A model generated the notes under the pieces. That model did not search any database. It saw nothing but the letters and a program-made list of their open reading frames with translations, and had not been told where the DNA came from. Made by a program: the position numbers and the translations under genes. DNA of 64,000 bases, taken from positions 10,679 to 74,678 of the forward strand of contig CAZWYY010000009.1 of the NCBI GenBank assembly GCA_964638895.1. Reading direction: 5' to 3'. This document shows, in pieces, positions 29,553 to 39,356 of the stretch (position 1 is the first letter of the stretch; each line of letters opens with the position of its first letter). Source of the DNA: an uncultured Spirochaetaceae bacterium. Its GTDB lineage: Bacteria > Spirochaetota > Spirochaetia > SZUA-6 > RPPD01.

Positions 29553-30911
29553 TTAAAGGTTCAAAATGATCCTCACGGTCTGGAAATAAATGGTCAGACC
29601 GCAAACATCGATTACCGTGGCCATCAACGGCCCGGCCATCACAGTGGGATCAAATCCCATTCGTTTAATGAGCAGCGGGGCCAGCGCGCCGATCAGCGTG
29701 GCGATGATCACCACAAAGGCCATGGCCAGCCCGATGGCAAAGCCGCGCAGCATTATTTCGCCGAAGGGCAGACCCAGCTCGAATATAGTGACCCGGATCA
29801 CCGTTAACAAACCCATGGCGACGCCGATAAACACCCCCACCAGGATTTCCTTGAGTATGATGCGGCCGATGTCCTTGAACACCAGCTCGCCCGTGGCCAG
29901 ACCGCGTATCATCAGCGTGGAGGACTGAGTGCCTGAGTTGCCGCCGGTGCCGGTAATCAGCTGCATAAAGGGCACCAGGAACACGGCCTGCGAGTACACG
30001 CTTTTAAAGAGGTCTATCACATTGGCGGTAAAGGTGGCGGTAACAAGCAGGATGGTAAGCCAGGGAATGCGCTTTTTTACCAGGTCCCAGACCGTGCTCT
30101 CCAGGTAGGGCACGGTGCTGCCGCCCATGGCGCCCATTTTATAGATATCCTCGGTCTGCTCTTCCCGGATGACATCGATAACATCGTCGAAGGTGATGAT
30201 ACCCAAGAGCCGGTTATAGCCGTCTACTACGGGCAGGGCCAGAAGATCATAGGTTTCCAGAATCTTAGCCACCTCCTCCTGGTCCGTGTCCTCACGCACG
30301 GTAATCACGTGTTTCACCATGGAGGTCTCTATTTTATCGTCGTCATTGCCCAGCAGAATGTCGCGCAGGGAGAGCACCCCCTGGAGCCGCTTGAGTTTGT
30401 CCACGACATATATGTAGTAGATGGTCTCCACGTCCGACACGTTTTTGCGCAGCCAGCGTAGGGCCTGGGCCGTGGTCAGCGAGGACTGAACGGCCAGGTA
30501 CCGCGGGGTCATTATTCCGGCCGCGTCATCCTCATCATACGAGAGCAAAAAACGCGTCTCGGTTTTGGCCTCATCACTCAAAGAGTTCCATACCGCCTCC
30601 TTGACCTGCGCGGAAACGGCCTGCATAAAGTCGGCTATGTCGTCGGGCTCCATCTCTTCAAGCAGACGCTTTATATGGGCCGTGGAAAGCTGGAGGATGA
30701 TAAACTCCTGCTGTGACGTGGGCAGCTCATGGATCAGGTCTACCTTTTGTGAGAGGTCCAAAAGCAGAAACAGCCGTATGACATCCTCCTCCTCCAGGTA
30801 ATCCCACAACTCAATCAGGTCGGCCAGCGACATCTGCGAGAGCAGGGTCTTGATCTCCTTGTCACTCATTGTTTTTACATTGGCGGCTATGTATTCCGGA
30901 TTTATCTTCAT
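29553..30911 (-). CDS. mgtE: Magnesium transporter MgtE
   Basis: MEPDD, AAGIMT, CBS pair, KRIPWL, GTGGNSGTQS, DPTVMAGPLMATVIDV. Confidence 0.96.
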   Translation of the reverse strand: MKINPEYIAANVKTMSDKEIKTLLSQMSLADLIELWDYLEEEDVIRLFLLLDLSQKVDLIHELPTSQQEFIILQLSTAHIKRLLEEMEPDDIADFMQAVSAQVKEAVWNSLSDEAKTETRFLLSYDEDDAAGIMTPRYLAVQSSLTTAQALRWLRKNVSDVETIYYIYVVDKLKRLQGVLSLRDILLGNDDDKIETSMVKHVITVREDTDQEEVAKILETYDLLALPVVDGYNRLLGIITFDDVIDVIREEQTEDIYKMGAMGGSTVPYLESTVWDLVKKRIPWLTILLVTATFTANVIDLFKSVYSQAVFLVPFMQLITGTGGNSGTQSSTLMIRGLATGELVFKDIGRIILKEILVGVFIGVAMGLLTVIRVTIFELGLPFGEIMLRGFAIGLAMAFVVIIATLIGALAPLLIKRMGFDPTVMAGPLMATVIDVCGLTIYFQTVRIILNL

Positions 30912-30929
30912 ATGCCCTCTCCCCGTTTT

Positions 30930-31841
30930 TTAGATTTCGCCAAGGTAGATTATCTCCCTTTCAAGCTCAAACCCATAGCGTTCCCGTACCCGGCGCCGGA
31001 TGTAATCAACCAGGCGTTTGACGTCCCGGGCCCTGGCCGAGCCCGTATTCACGATAATATTGGCGTGCCGCTCCGACACCCGCGCCCCACCGATACTGTA
31101 GCCTTTTAAGCCCAGGGAATCAATAAGCTCCCCGCTGGGCCTGCCGAACCCGCGGTTGTTTTTAAAAACCGAGCCGGCGCACGGGTATGAAAAATGCCCT
31201 TTCCTCATGCGGTCGGCGTAAATCTCATCCATGCGCCCCTGCAGAGACGCGGTATCCTGCTTTTTAAGCCGGAAGGCGCCCTCCAGAATCAGCACCCCCC
31301 GCCCCTGGAACGGCGATTTCTTATAAGAAAAATCCTCCCGGCTCACCGCTACACTTTTAACCCCCGACTCCCGGTCCAGGATTTCCACGGATTCCAGAAT
31401 ATCGGAGATCGATGCGCCGTAGCAGCGGGCGTTCATCCAGATGGCCCCGCCCACGCTCCCGGGCATTTCAAAGAAGGGATGCAGTCCGCCCAAACCCAGT
31501 TTTAGCGCCTCCTTTACCACATTGTTCAAAGGCATACCGCTTAAAGCCCGTAAGGCGGTTCCGCTTGCCTGCACACCCTTAAAATCCTCGAAGGAAATTA
31601 CCACACCCGGAAGGCCCTTATCGGAGACAAGGACGTTTGAGCCGTGCCCCAATACATACATGGGCAGATTATTATCCAGGCATACGGAAAATATCTCCCT
31701 TACCTGGGCCGTATTCCCCGGCCTGGCGAATACCAGGGCCGGGCCGCCGATCCTGAAGCTGGTGTGAAGCCGCAGCGGTTCATCAAACACAAGGGGGCAG
31801 TTAATATTGATTTTTTTAAACAGTTTCTGTAAAGTATGCAT
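30930..31841 (-). CDS. murB: UDP-N-acetylmuramate dehydrogenase MurB
   Basis: HTSFRIGGPA, LGHGSNVLVSD, PGSVGGAIWMNA, AGSVFKN, HANIIVN, LERE. Confidence 0.96.
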   Translation of the reverse strand: MHTLQKLFKKININCPLVFDEPLRLHTSFRIGGPALVFARPGNTAQVREIFSVCLDNNLPMYVLGHGSNVLVSDKGLPGVVISFEDFKGVQASGTALRALSGMPLNNVVKEALKLGLGGLHPFFEMPGSVGGAIWMNARCYGASISDILESVEILDRESGVKSVAVSREDFSYKKSPFQGRGVLILEGAFRLKKQDTASLQGRMDEIYADRMRKGHFSYPCAGSVFKNNRGFGRPSGELIDSLGLKGYSIGGARVSERHANIIVNTGSARARDVKRLVDYIRRRVRERYGFELEREIIYLGEI

Positions 31842-31901
31842 TTAAGAAATATAGTAGTATATTTTAATCCTTGGAAGAAGCCTGCAAAGAGAAAAAAACA
31901 G

Positions 31902-33350
31902 ATGGGGAATACGCCGACATTAAGATTCTTTAACACGCTGGGCAGACAGCTACAGGAGTTCGTTCCGCTGTCTCCCGGCCGGGTGGGGTTGTATGCCTGC
32001 GGCCCCACCGTATACAACTACGCGCATATCGGCAACCTGCGCACGTACATATTCGAGGACATCCTGCGCCGCGTTCTTGAGTACGCGGGACACGAGGTGA
32101 CGCACGTGATGAACGTCACCGACGTGGGACACCTGACCGACGACGCGGACTCGGGCGAAGACAGGATGTTCGTGGGCGCGCGCAAGACCGGGAAAACCGT
32201 CTGGGAGATCGCCGATCACTATACAAAGGCTTTTTTTACCGATCTTAAGCGGCTGAATATCCTCGCGCCCACGGTAGTCTGCAGGGCCACCGACCATATC
32301 GGCGATATGATCGCGCTGATAAAAAGAATAGAAGCCAACGGATTTACCTACATGCGGGGCGGCAACCTTTATTTTGACATCGAAAAATTCCCCGCCTACG
32401 GTGAGCTGGCCCTGCTTGATATGGACCAGCTTAAGGCCGGCGCCCGTATTGAAATTGACGAGAACAAAAGGAACCCCCATGATTTTGTGTTATGGTTCAC
32501 CCAATCCAAGTTCAAGCACCAGGCCATGCTCTGGGACTCCCCCTGGGGCAGAGGGTATCCCGGCTGGCATATCGAATGCAGCGCCATGTCCATGCGGTAC
32601 TTGGGGGAAAGCTTCGATATCCACTGCGGCGGCGTGGACCATATCGCGGTGCACCACACCAACGAGATCGCCCAGGCCCAGGCGGCCACGGGCAAAAAAT
32701 GGGTGAACTACTGGCTGCACGGGGAGTTCCTGGTTACCTCAAACGCTAAGATGTCAAAGTCGCTGGAAAACTTCACCACCCTGTCCGCGCTCGCGGAAAA
32801 AGGGTACGACCCCCTGGACTATCGCTATTTCTGCCTGGGCGCCCACTACCGCAAACAGCTTAATTTCAGTTCCCGTGACCTTGACGCGGCTAAAACCGCG
32901 CGTAACAACCTGGTCCAGCGCCTGGCCCTGCTTAAAGATCTGGCTGGCGAACAGGCCGGAAACGGGGCCAAGGCTGAGGACATGGCCCCCCCCCTTGAGG
33001 GCAAGGCCCTTTCCTACCTGCGCTCGTTCCAGGATAATATGGCAAACGACCTTAACATGCCCAAATGCCTTTCGGATTTATGGAATCTGGTGAAAGACCG
33101 GCAGGTGGAACCGGCCCTCACGCTGCGGGCGGCCCTGGAAATGGACAAGGTGCTGGGGCTGGGCCTTAAACAGGCCTATGCCGAGGAGGTGGTGCTCGAC
33201 GAGGAGCTTGCCGGGTTGCTTGAGAAACGCAGCGAGGCGCGCGCCCGCAGCGATTACGCCACGGCGGACAGGATTAGGGCGGAGCTTGACAACCGGGGTA
33301 TAGTGATAGAAGATACGCCGGACGGCGTACGACTTAAAAAAAAGTTGTAA
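31902..33350 (+). CDS. cysS: Cysteine-tRNA ligase
   Basis: CGPTVYNYAHIGN, GYPGWHIECSAM, HHTNE, KMSKS; start at ATG 31902. Confidence 0.97.
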   Translation: MGNTPTLRFFNTLGRQLQEFVPLSPGRVGLYACGPTVYNYAHIGNLRTYIFEDILRRVLEYAGHEVTHVMNVTDVGHLTDDADSGEDRMFVGARKTGKTVWEIADHYTKAFFTDLKRLNILAPTVVCRATDHIGDMIALIKRIEANGFTYMRGGNLYFDIEKFPAYGELALLDMDQLKAGARIEIDENKRNPHDFVLWFTQSKFKHQAMLWDSPWGRGYPGWHIECSAMSMRYLGESFDIHCGGVDHIAVHHTNEIAQAQAATGKKWVNYWLHGEFLVTSNAKMSKSLENFTTLSALAEKGYDPLDYRYFCLGAHYRKQLNFSSRDLDAAKTARNNLVQRLALLKDLAGEQAGNGAKAEDMAPPLEGKALSYLRSFQDNMANDLNMPKCLSDLWNLVKDRQVEPALTLRAALEMDKVLGLGLKQAYAEEVVLDEELAGLLEKRSEARARSDYATADRIRAELDNRGIVIEDTPDGVRLKKKL

Positions 33351-33377
33351 CATTATATAACACAGAGTTGCTTTAAT

Positions 33378-33914
33378 ATGTTGAAGAAGACGAATGACAG
33401 AGAAGAACGGTTTAATAAGGAATATCCCGTACTTTTTCCCGTAATATTCAGGGTGGCTTATCGCATTACCGGAGAGGAAGGCGCGGCCGAGGACCTGTGC
33501 CAGGAGGCGTTTATAAAGTATTTTGAGCGCCATGAGCCGCTTCCCGACATCAACCAGGCCAAATACTGGTTGATCAGAGTGGTAAAGAACATGTCGTTTA
33601 ATTACGAAAAGAAAAGGGTGCGGGAAAAAAATGCCGTTAACAAGCTTGAAAAGATCACCCCCCAGTATATAGAATCGACAGAGAAGGGGGTATTAGAGAA
33701 GGAAACCAGGATGGCCGTGCAAAAGGCATTGGACAAACTGCCTTACAAACTGCGCGTTGTTCTGGTGTTGAAGGAATACGCGCAGTTGAATTACAAGGAG
33801 ATCGGATCTATAGTGGGTATAAGCGAAGGAAACGTAAAGGTAAGGATATTTCGCGCCAGAGAGCGCCTGGAAAAAATTTTTAAGGAAGAGAAGCTATATG
33901 TGCCCGAAGGATGA
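33378..33914 (+). CDS. ECF RNA polymerase sigma factor (RpoE/sigma24-like)
   Basis: AEDLCQEAFIK, WLIRVVKN, LNYKEIGSIVGISEGNVKVRIFRAR. Confidence 0.93.
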   Translation: MLKKTNDREERFNKEYPVLFPVIFRVAYRITGEEGAAEDLCQEAFIKYFERHEPLPDINQAKYWLIRVVKNMSFNYEKKRVREKNAVNKLEKITPQYIESTEKGVLEKETRMAVQKALDKLPYKLRVVLVLKEYAQLNYKEIGSIVGISEGNVKVRIFRARERLEKIFKEEKLYVPEG

Positions 33915-34479
33915 ACTTATTTCCGCGTTTTTAGACGGCGAGGTGGAAGCACCCTGGGAGGAAAAACTCAAAGCGCATTTTGCCGAGTGCGGCAAGTGCG
34001 GCAGGCGGCTGGCCGATATGTGCAGCCTGCGCAGCCTGCTTTCCCGGGACAAAGAGCCCAATTATCGGCCCGCCATGCAGAGGGTGCAGCGCAGGCTGTA
34101 TTTTCACATGGCCGCCGCGGAAGACGACATACGGTACCAACCGGAACGGGAGCTTCCGTTCTGGAAAAGAAAAGTGCGCATCCCCATGCCCGCGGCAGCG
34201 CTGCTTTCGCTTGTGCTTTTTGTGCTCTTTGCTTCTTTCTTTTTCTTTATGGGCCAGAACAACACACAGATGGCCAAGCGCGGGGCCGAGCTTTACAACA
34301 GCCAGCCCGTGCAGGTGACCGTACCCATCAACGGCATGAAGGTGGACGATCTGGAAGTGCTCTTGAAACTGCTCAACAACAAGGACTTCAGCCAGGAGGT
34401 GCTGATGCAGCTCCCCGACGATTCCCAGTTTTCGGTGTTCGGCGAGCCTGAGATAGAAAGGGTCAATAGGGAAAGGTAA
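33898..34479 (+). CDS. Zinc-finger (zf-HC2) transmembrane anti-sigma factor
   Basis: ISAFLDGE, HFAECGKC (HxxxCxxC), single TM; overlaps the sigma gene. Confidence 0.88.
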   Translation: MCPKDELISAFLDGEVEAPWEEKLKAHFAECGKCGRRLADMCSLRSLLSRDKEPNYRPAMQRVQRRLYFHMAAAEDDIRYQPERELPFWKRKVRIPMPAAALLSLVLFVLFASFFFFMGQNNTQMAKRGAELYNSQPVQVTVPINGMKVDDLEVLLKLLNNKDFSQEVLMQLPDDSQFSVFGEPEIERVNRER

Positions 34480-34483
34480 GCGG

Positions 34484-35005
34484 ATGATATTGTTTAAAAA
34501 GGTGCTGCCCGCGCTTTTACTGTTTTGTACTCCTTTCAGCGGATTTTGCCAAGACGACGAACCGTCCATGGACAGCCTGCTGGAACAGGCGATCGTGATC
34601 AGGATAAATACGCGCCTGCTCAGCGCCAACGGCAAAGCCGGCTGGAGTTTCAGCGGGGCTCGTGTGACCATTCCGGGCCGGCCCGTGGTGGTAAAACTCC
34701 AGGGCGGGAACCTGCAAGTGAAGTTGGGGATAACGCCTTATAAGGACGATACCGTGGAAAACGGCATGATCCTGGTTACCCAAGACGAGATCTGGATAAC
34801 AGAGACCCCTGGAAAACAGGCCAAATACCTGGCCAGCCTGAAAAGCATTAAGCTCGTCATGGGCGAAACAATACATCTTTACCCCCTGGGGATCTCGACC
34901 ATGCCCCCGGAAAAATTCAACATTGAACTGGAAATCCAGATTGTTCCGTATAAGGAAACCCAGAAATCCCAGGACAAAAAACAAGGCCCACCCAAGGAAA
35001 AGTAG
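34484..35005 (+). CDS. Conserved exported protein of the ECF operon
   Basis: Signal peptide; TIPGRPVVVKLQG, LYPLG; co-oriented 4 nt after the anti-sigma gene. Confidence 0.75.
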   Translation: MILFKKVLPALLLFCTPFSGFCQDDEPSMDSLLEQAIVIRINTRLLSANGKAGWSFSGARVTIPGRPVVVKLQGGNLQVKLGITPYKDDTVENGMILVTQDEIWITETPGKQAKYLASLKSIKLVMGETIHLYPLGISTMPPEKFNIELEIQIVPYKETQKSQDKKQGPPKEK

Positions 35006-35007
35006 GC

Positions 35008-36708
35008 ATGAGTGACTCCCGGGGGCCCGTCAGCAAAACACCGCCCAAGCCCAAAATCTACCAGCGCCAGGAGTTTATTCCCATCCTTGTTTTCGTTTTC
35101 TTGTTCTTTTTACTTATCATCAACACCTCAATCTCCGGTTACCCGCCTAATATAGAAAGGATTACACGCGAAAACAACATCCACACCTATACCATAAAGA
35201 TCGACGGGAAAAACTTCGGAAAGGTTAAATTGGGCAGCGAGGTATATATCAACGACCTCGCGCTTACCGATTCGGCCTTCCTCAAGTGGAGCGACAGCCA
35301 GATCGTGATCGCCATCCCCAAGGAAATAAAGTCCGGCCTGCTGTATGTGGTCACAAAAAGCGGAAAGACAAACAGCGTGATCTATACCAATCCCCAGGAG
35401 ACCCCCAAACTCATCTCCGCCATGTATACGGGCGAGCGCAGCGTACAGCAGAACCGGCCGAACATCAAATCAATCACACCCATAGTCTGCAAAGTGGGTG
35501 ATGTGCTTTCCATAAGAGGGAACGGATTCGGTAAGGAACAGGATAAAAGCAGGATCTATTTTACCTGGATCTCAGAAGCAAAGGACCCGGAAAATACGGA
35601 AGAAACCACGCCCGTGGTCAGCGCCAAGGAGAATGATTTCGATTACCTGGCGTGGAACGACAAGGAAATCAAGGTGCGAATCCCTGACGGCGCCGAATCC
35701 GGCAATGTCTACATCAACTCCGAGCGCGGGGTAAGCAACGCCAAATATATTGAAATTCAGCATCCCTACGGCATAAAACATTATTATAAGCGCAATAAGT
35801 ATTCAATCAAATATTCCATAACTATTAAGGATGTGAGCGCCGAGACGGGCAACAGCATCTACCTCTGGGTTCCTAAAATCATAGATGGGCCCGAACAGCG
35901 CGAAATATCCTACATTCGTAACGATAATCAACTCGAGCCCATTTTGGACGATTATAAGGGAGTGATGCTGTTTTGCCTGGAGGAGCTTAGGAACGATAAC
36001 CAGTATGAAATAAACCTGGAGTGCATTTTTAACCGTTACTCCATACGAACAGAGATAAACACCGAACTGGTCCCCCGGGAATACGACACATCCGATGAGC
36101 TCTTTAAACATTACACCGGAGAAAACGAATACATCAAACCGGAACAGCCGGCCGTCAAGGAGCTGGCCTCCGCTATAACGGGCAGGGAGAAGAACCCCTA
36201 CCTGAAGGCTAAAAAAATTTATGAGTATATTGTCGATACGTTTTCCTTCGCATATGTGAATCCCTATAAATATGATAACTGGCTGTCCGCGTTGGACACC
36301 AAACGGGGTGATTCCTTTATTTATGCCATGCTTTTCTGCGCACTCGCCAGAAGCGCCGGCATACCGGCGCGTCCGGTTGCCGGGTATATTATCGATGACG
36401 ACAAAAGAAGCGTGAGACACTTCTGGGCGGAATTCTATCTGCCGAACATCGGCTGGATCCCGGTTGATCCGTTTTTGGGAGACAACAAAAAGGGCGGGGA
36501 GACAGCGGACGACTATTTCGGCAACCTGGACAACCACCACATCACCTTTTCCAAGGGGTATGTGGAATTAAAAAAAATGACCCCCGGCGGGCGTACGGTC
36601 AAGAAACCGGGCCTCGCCAATCTGCAATCCATCCATGAGGAGGTCAAAGGCAACCTCTTCGGTTACAGTATTTCCTGGCAGGATATCAAGATACTGGGAA
36701 TTTTTTAA
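35008..36708 (+). CDS. IPT/TIG-domain transglutaminase-like protein
   Basis: TM anchor; two IPT/TIG repeats (I.G.NFG...WSD..I...IP...SG); core GDSFIYA..FCALARSAGIPAR, HFWAEFY..GWIPVD. Confidence 0.85.
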   Translation: MSDSRGPVSKTPPKPKIYQRQEFIPILVFVFLFFLLIINTSISGYPPNIERITRENNIHTYTIKIDGKNFGKVKLGSEVYINDLALTDSAFLKWSDSQIVIAIPKEIKSGLLYVVTKSGKTNSVIYTNPQETPKLISAMYTGERSVQQNRPNIKSITPIVCKVGDVLSIRGNGFGKEQDKSRIYFTWISEAKDPENTEETTPVVSAKENDFDYLAWNDKEIKVRIPDGAESGNVYINSERGVSNAKYIEIQHPYGIKHYYKRNKYSIKYSITIKDVSAETGNSIYLWVPKIIDGPEQREISYIRNDNQLEPILDDYKGVMLFCLEELRNDNQYEINLECIFNRYSIRTEINTELVPREYDTSDELFKHYTGENEYIKPEQPAVKELASAITGREKNPYLKAKKIYEYIVDTFSFAYVNPYKYDNWLSALDTKRGDSFIYAMLFCALARSAGIPARPVAGYIIDDDKRSVRHFWAEFYLPNIGWIPVDPFLGDNKKGGETADDYFGNLDNHHITFSKGYVELKKMTPGGRTVKKPGLANLQSIHEEVKGNLFGYSISWQDIKILGIF

Positions 36709-36728
36709 TTTTAACCGCATGTTTTAGA

Positions 36729-36757
36729 TTGACAACAGCGGGTAGGGCTTTTATACT
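36729..36757 (+). promoter_or_regulatory. sigma70-type promoter
   Basis: TTGACA-17 nt-TATACT upstream of the cNMP-binding gene. Confidence 0.7.
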
Positions 36758-36786
36758 ATGATTAGATTTTGTATTTGGTAAAAGAG

Positions 36787-38019
36787 ATGTCCAACCCACT
36801 TCAGCTGTCTTTGGTTAACTTTAAAAAGGGCTCATACATCATTGTCGAGGGAAAGCAAAAAGCCGAGTACTTCTACATAATCCGTTCGGGCAAGGTGCGC
36901 ATAAGCAAAGAGGCTGAGATTGTCACCGAAGAGGGCGGCAAAATTCTGGAGCCCGGGGATTTTTTCGGGGTCATCTCCACCATGTCCGCGCACAGCCACA
37001 TTGAGACGGCCATGGCTCTTACGGATGTCTCCCTGATCTCCGTGCACCGGGAGCAGTACGGATACTTGATTGAAAAAAACGCCCCGGTGGCCATGAAGAT
37101 CATTCTCAGTTTCTCCCAGAAAATGCGCTACCTGGACGAGGCCCTTACCCGCCTTACCCTTAAAAACACGGCCAAAGAGGATGTTACCCACCTTTTCAAC
37201 GTAGCCGAGTATTACGCACGGCAAAGCCAGTACAATCTGGCCTATTATGCCTACTACAAGTTCATTCAGTACTGCCCCCAACATCAAAACACGCGTCTGG
37301 CCAAGGAGCGCATGGCCAAGATCCATCCCTACGCCAAGGCCGTTCACATGGATACAAATCCGAACGACTTCAACCGCGAATACCCCAAAGACACCATGAT
37401 CTTCAGCGAGGCGGAACCGGGTAAGGAGCTTTTTATCATTCAGAAGGGTACGGTGAAAATCAGCAAGATCGTAGACAATAAGGAAGTCACCCTGGCCCTG
37501 TTGAAAAGCGGCGACATCTTCGGGGAGATGGCGCTTCTTGAGAACATGCCCCGCTCGGCCTCGGCCATCGCCCTGGAAAATGTCTCGGTGCTCGTGGTAA
37601 ACAAGGCCAATTTCAGCCGCATGGTTCAAACCCAGCCCAAACTTATATCAAGTCTTACCACCCTGCTTTCCGAGCGGTTGTGGTTCATCTACAAACAGCT
37701 GGCCAATTCGGTCATGACCGATCCCATGGGAAGATTATACGACGCCCTTTACATCCAACTTGAAAAGAACAAGGTTCCTATAACCAGCGGAGAGAACTAC
37801 ACCTTTGATTTCGGGCCCAAAGAGCTGATAAGCATGGTAGGGCTGCCCGTGGACCAGGGCAACGCTCTTACGCGGAAAATGTTTGAGAACAAAAAACTCA
37901 ACGTGGTGGACAACAAGATCACCGTATCGGATATCGAAGAAATAAAGAAACAGGCCGAATACTTCAAAAAAATGGAGAAGATAGAACTCTCCCGCCGCCA
38001 GGGTTCCCTGCAGCGCTGA
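36787..38019 (+). CDS. Tandem cyclic-nucleotide-binding (Crp-like) protein with central TPR-like helix
   Basis: YIIRSGKV..PGDFFG; FIIQKGTV..GDIFGEMALLENMPRSASA; start at ATG 36787. Confidence 0.88.
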   Translation: MSNPLQLSLVNFKKGSYIIVEGKQKAEYFYIIRSGKVRISKEAEIVTEEGGKILEPGDFFGVISTMSAHSHIETAMALTDVSLISVHREQYGYLIEKNAPVAMKIILSFSQKMRYLDEALTRLTLKNTAKEDVTHLFNVAEYYARQSQYNLAYYAYYKFIQYCPQHQNTRLAKERMAKIHPYAKAVHMDTNPNDFNREYPKDTMIFSEAEPGKELFIIQKGTVKISKIVDNKEVTLALLKSGDIFGEMALLENMPRSASAIALENVSVLVVNKANFSRMVQTQPKLISSLTTLLSERLWFIYKQLANSVMTDPMGRLYDALYIQLEKNKVPITSGENYTFDFGPKELISMVGLPVDQGNALTRKMFENKKLNVVDNKITVSDIEEIKKQAEYFKKMEKIELSRRQGSLQR

Positions 38020-38096
38020 TAGAGCAATAAAAATTGCTGTCGCTGATAAAGCAATATCAGGCCGGCCGGCCCCACTTATTTAAAAACATACACCGC

Positions 38097-39176
38097 TCAC
38101 ATATACCGGTTCTTCAGGTGTTCGTACACCTGGTAGACCACCCCCTGCGAATCGCTTCCTTTTAGTTTGATGTTCCTTTTATACTGTTCCGGGACGGACA
38201 ACCCGGCCTTACGCATGGTGTTTTCACTGATAAGGATATCACCCTCTTTAGAGCTGCTTTCCAGCTGTGCGGCAAGGTTGACCGTGCTGCCGATAAGGGT
38301 GTTGTCATAACGCATGCTTCCGCCCACATTACCGCGGATAATGGGACCTGTATGAATTCCCATGCGGAAATAGATGGGCACCAGCCCGTCTTCCACCCGT
38401 TTTTTATTCAACTCCTCAATACCATGCTGAACCAGGACACAGGCCTTCACCGCCTCGTCCGCCTGCTCAAATACGGCCAGAAAGGCGTCACCGATGAACT
38501 TGTCAATATCCCCGTGGTTGTCGTAAATAATCTTTGTGGCCACCTCAAACACAGAGTTCAGGGCCTTGATCACCTCGATCGGTTCCAGGGGAAGCGACAT
38601 CTTGGTAAACCCCTTGATATCGGCGAATACGATGGTCAGCTCCAGTTGCTCCTCGGGGATCTTGATCTTGCGCTCATAGGCGAAGTTGTTGGCCAGGTTC
38701 CAGATGGTCCGGGGGATGTATTTTTTTATAAGATCCAGCAGAATGAAATCATGGATGGCCTGTTCCTGAAGCTGTGATATTTTTAATACGAGCTCGGAGT
38801 TCAGCACGTTATTCTTTATCAGCGGACGCATCACCAGGTACAACATAGAGTCCGCCGATCCTTTGTCCAGGTAGGTATCGGCCCCGGAGAGCATGGCCTG
38901 CGAAATCCGCTGTTTTTCATCACCCGGAAGCAGGGCCAGTACGGGAAGCAGGCGGAACATCTCGTCGCTTTTCAAATCCTCCGTAAAACCGGCCGCGGTT
39001 TCCAACTCCCAGTCCATGACGATCAGCGAAATGTCGCGGTCGAACAGGATATTTTCCGCTTCCCCGGTTGTGGGGACCTGGACAACCTCGAACACCTCCT
39101 CCTTGAACTGCTTGAGGCTGTGATCAAACAAGTTTTTAAGCCCGCCGTCCACGGAAATAATCAGAATGGTTTTCAT
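38097..39176 (-). CDS. REC-domain class III adenylate/guanylate cyclase
   Basis: REC (LIVMDW), FADIKGFT, DKFIGDA, RMGIHTG, IGSTVNLAAQLES; AGGAG RBS before ATG 39176. Confidence 0.88.
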   Translation of the reverse strand: MKTILIISVDGGLKNLFDHSLKQFKEEVFEVVQVPTTGEAENILFDRDISLIVMDWELETAAGFTEDLKSDEMFRLLPVLALLPGDEKQRISQAMLSGADTYLDKGSADSMLYLVMRPLIKNNVLNSELVLKISQLQEQAIHDFILLDLIKKYIPRTIWNLANNFAYERKIKIPEEQLELTIVFADIKGFTKMSLPLEPIEVIKALNSVFEVATKIIYDNHGDIDKFIGDAFLAVFEQADEAVKACVLVQHGIEELNKKRVEDGLVPIYFRMGIHTGPIIRGNVGGSMRYDNTLIGSTVNLAAQLESSSKEGDILISENTMRKAGLSVPEQYKRNIKLKGSDSQGVVYQVYEHLKNRYM

Positions 39177-39356
39177 CTCTCCTATTATATTCCACAAATT
39201 TGATACGCTTTGCAAGGAAAAATCCGGTATAAACAGCAATTTTAAATTTGTTCCATATCATGGATCGAACGAATTCAAAATCACCTGCCAAAGCATGTAT
39301 AAAATTCTAATTTGACATTTCCGTAAGTTTGTGGTATCGAAAGGAGAGAAGGCGGC

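Noticed and set aside
39240-39280. Imperfect inverted repeat between the cyclase gene and proA
   Set aside because: AT-rich with two mismatches in 14 bp; could be an operator or chance, and there is no further support.
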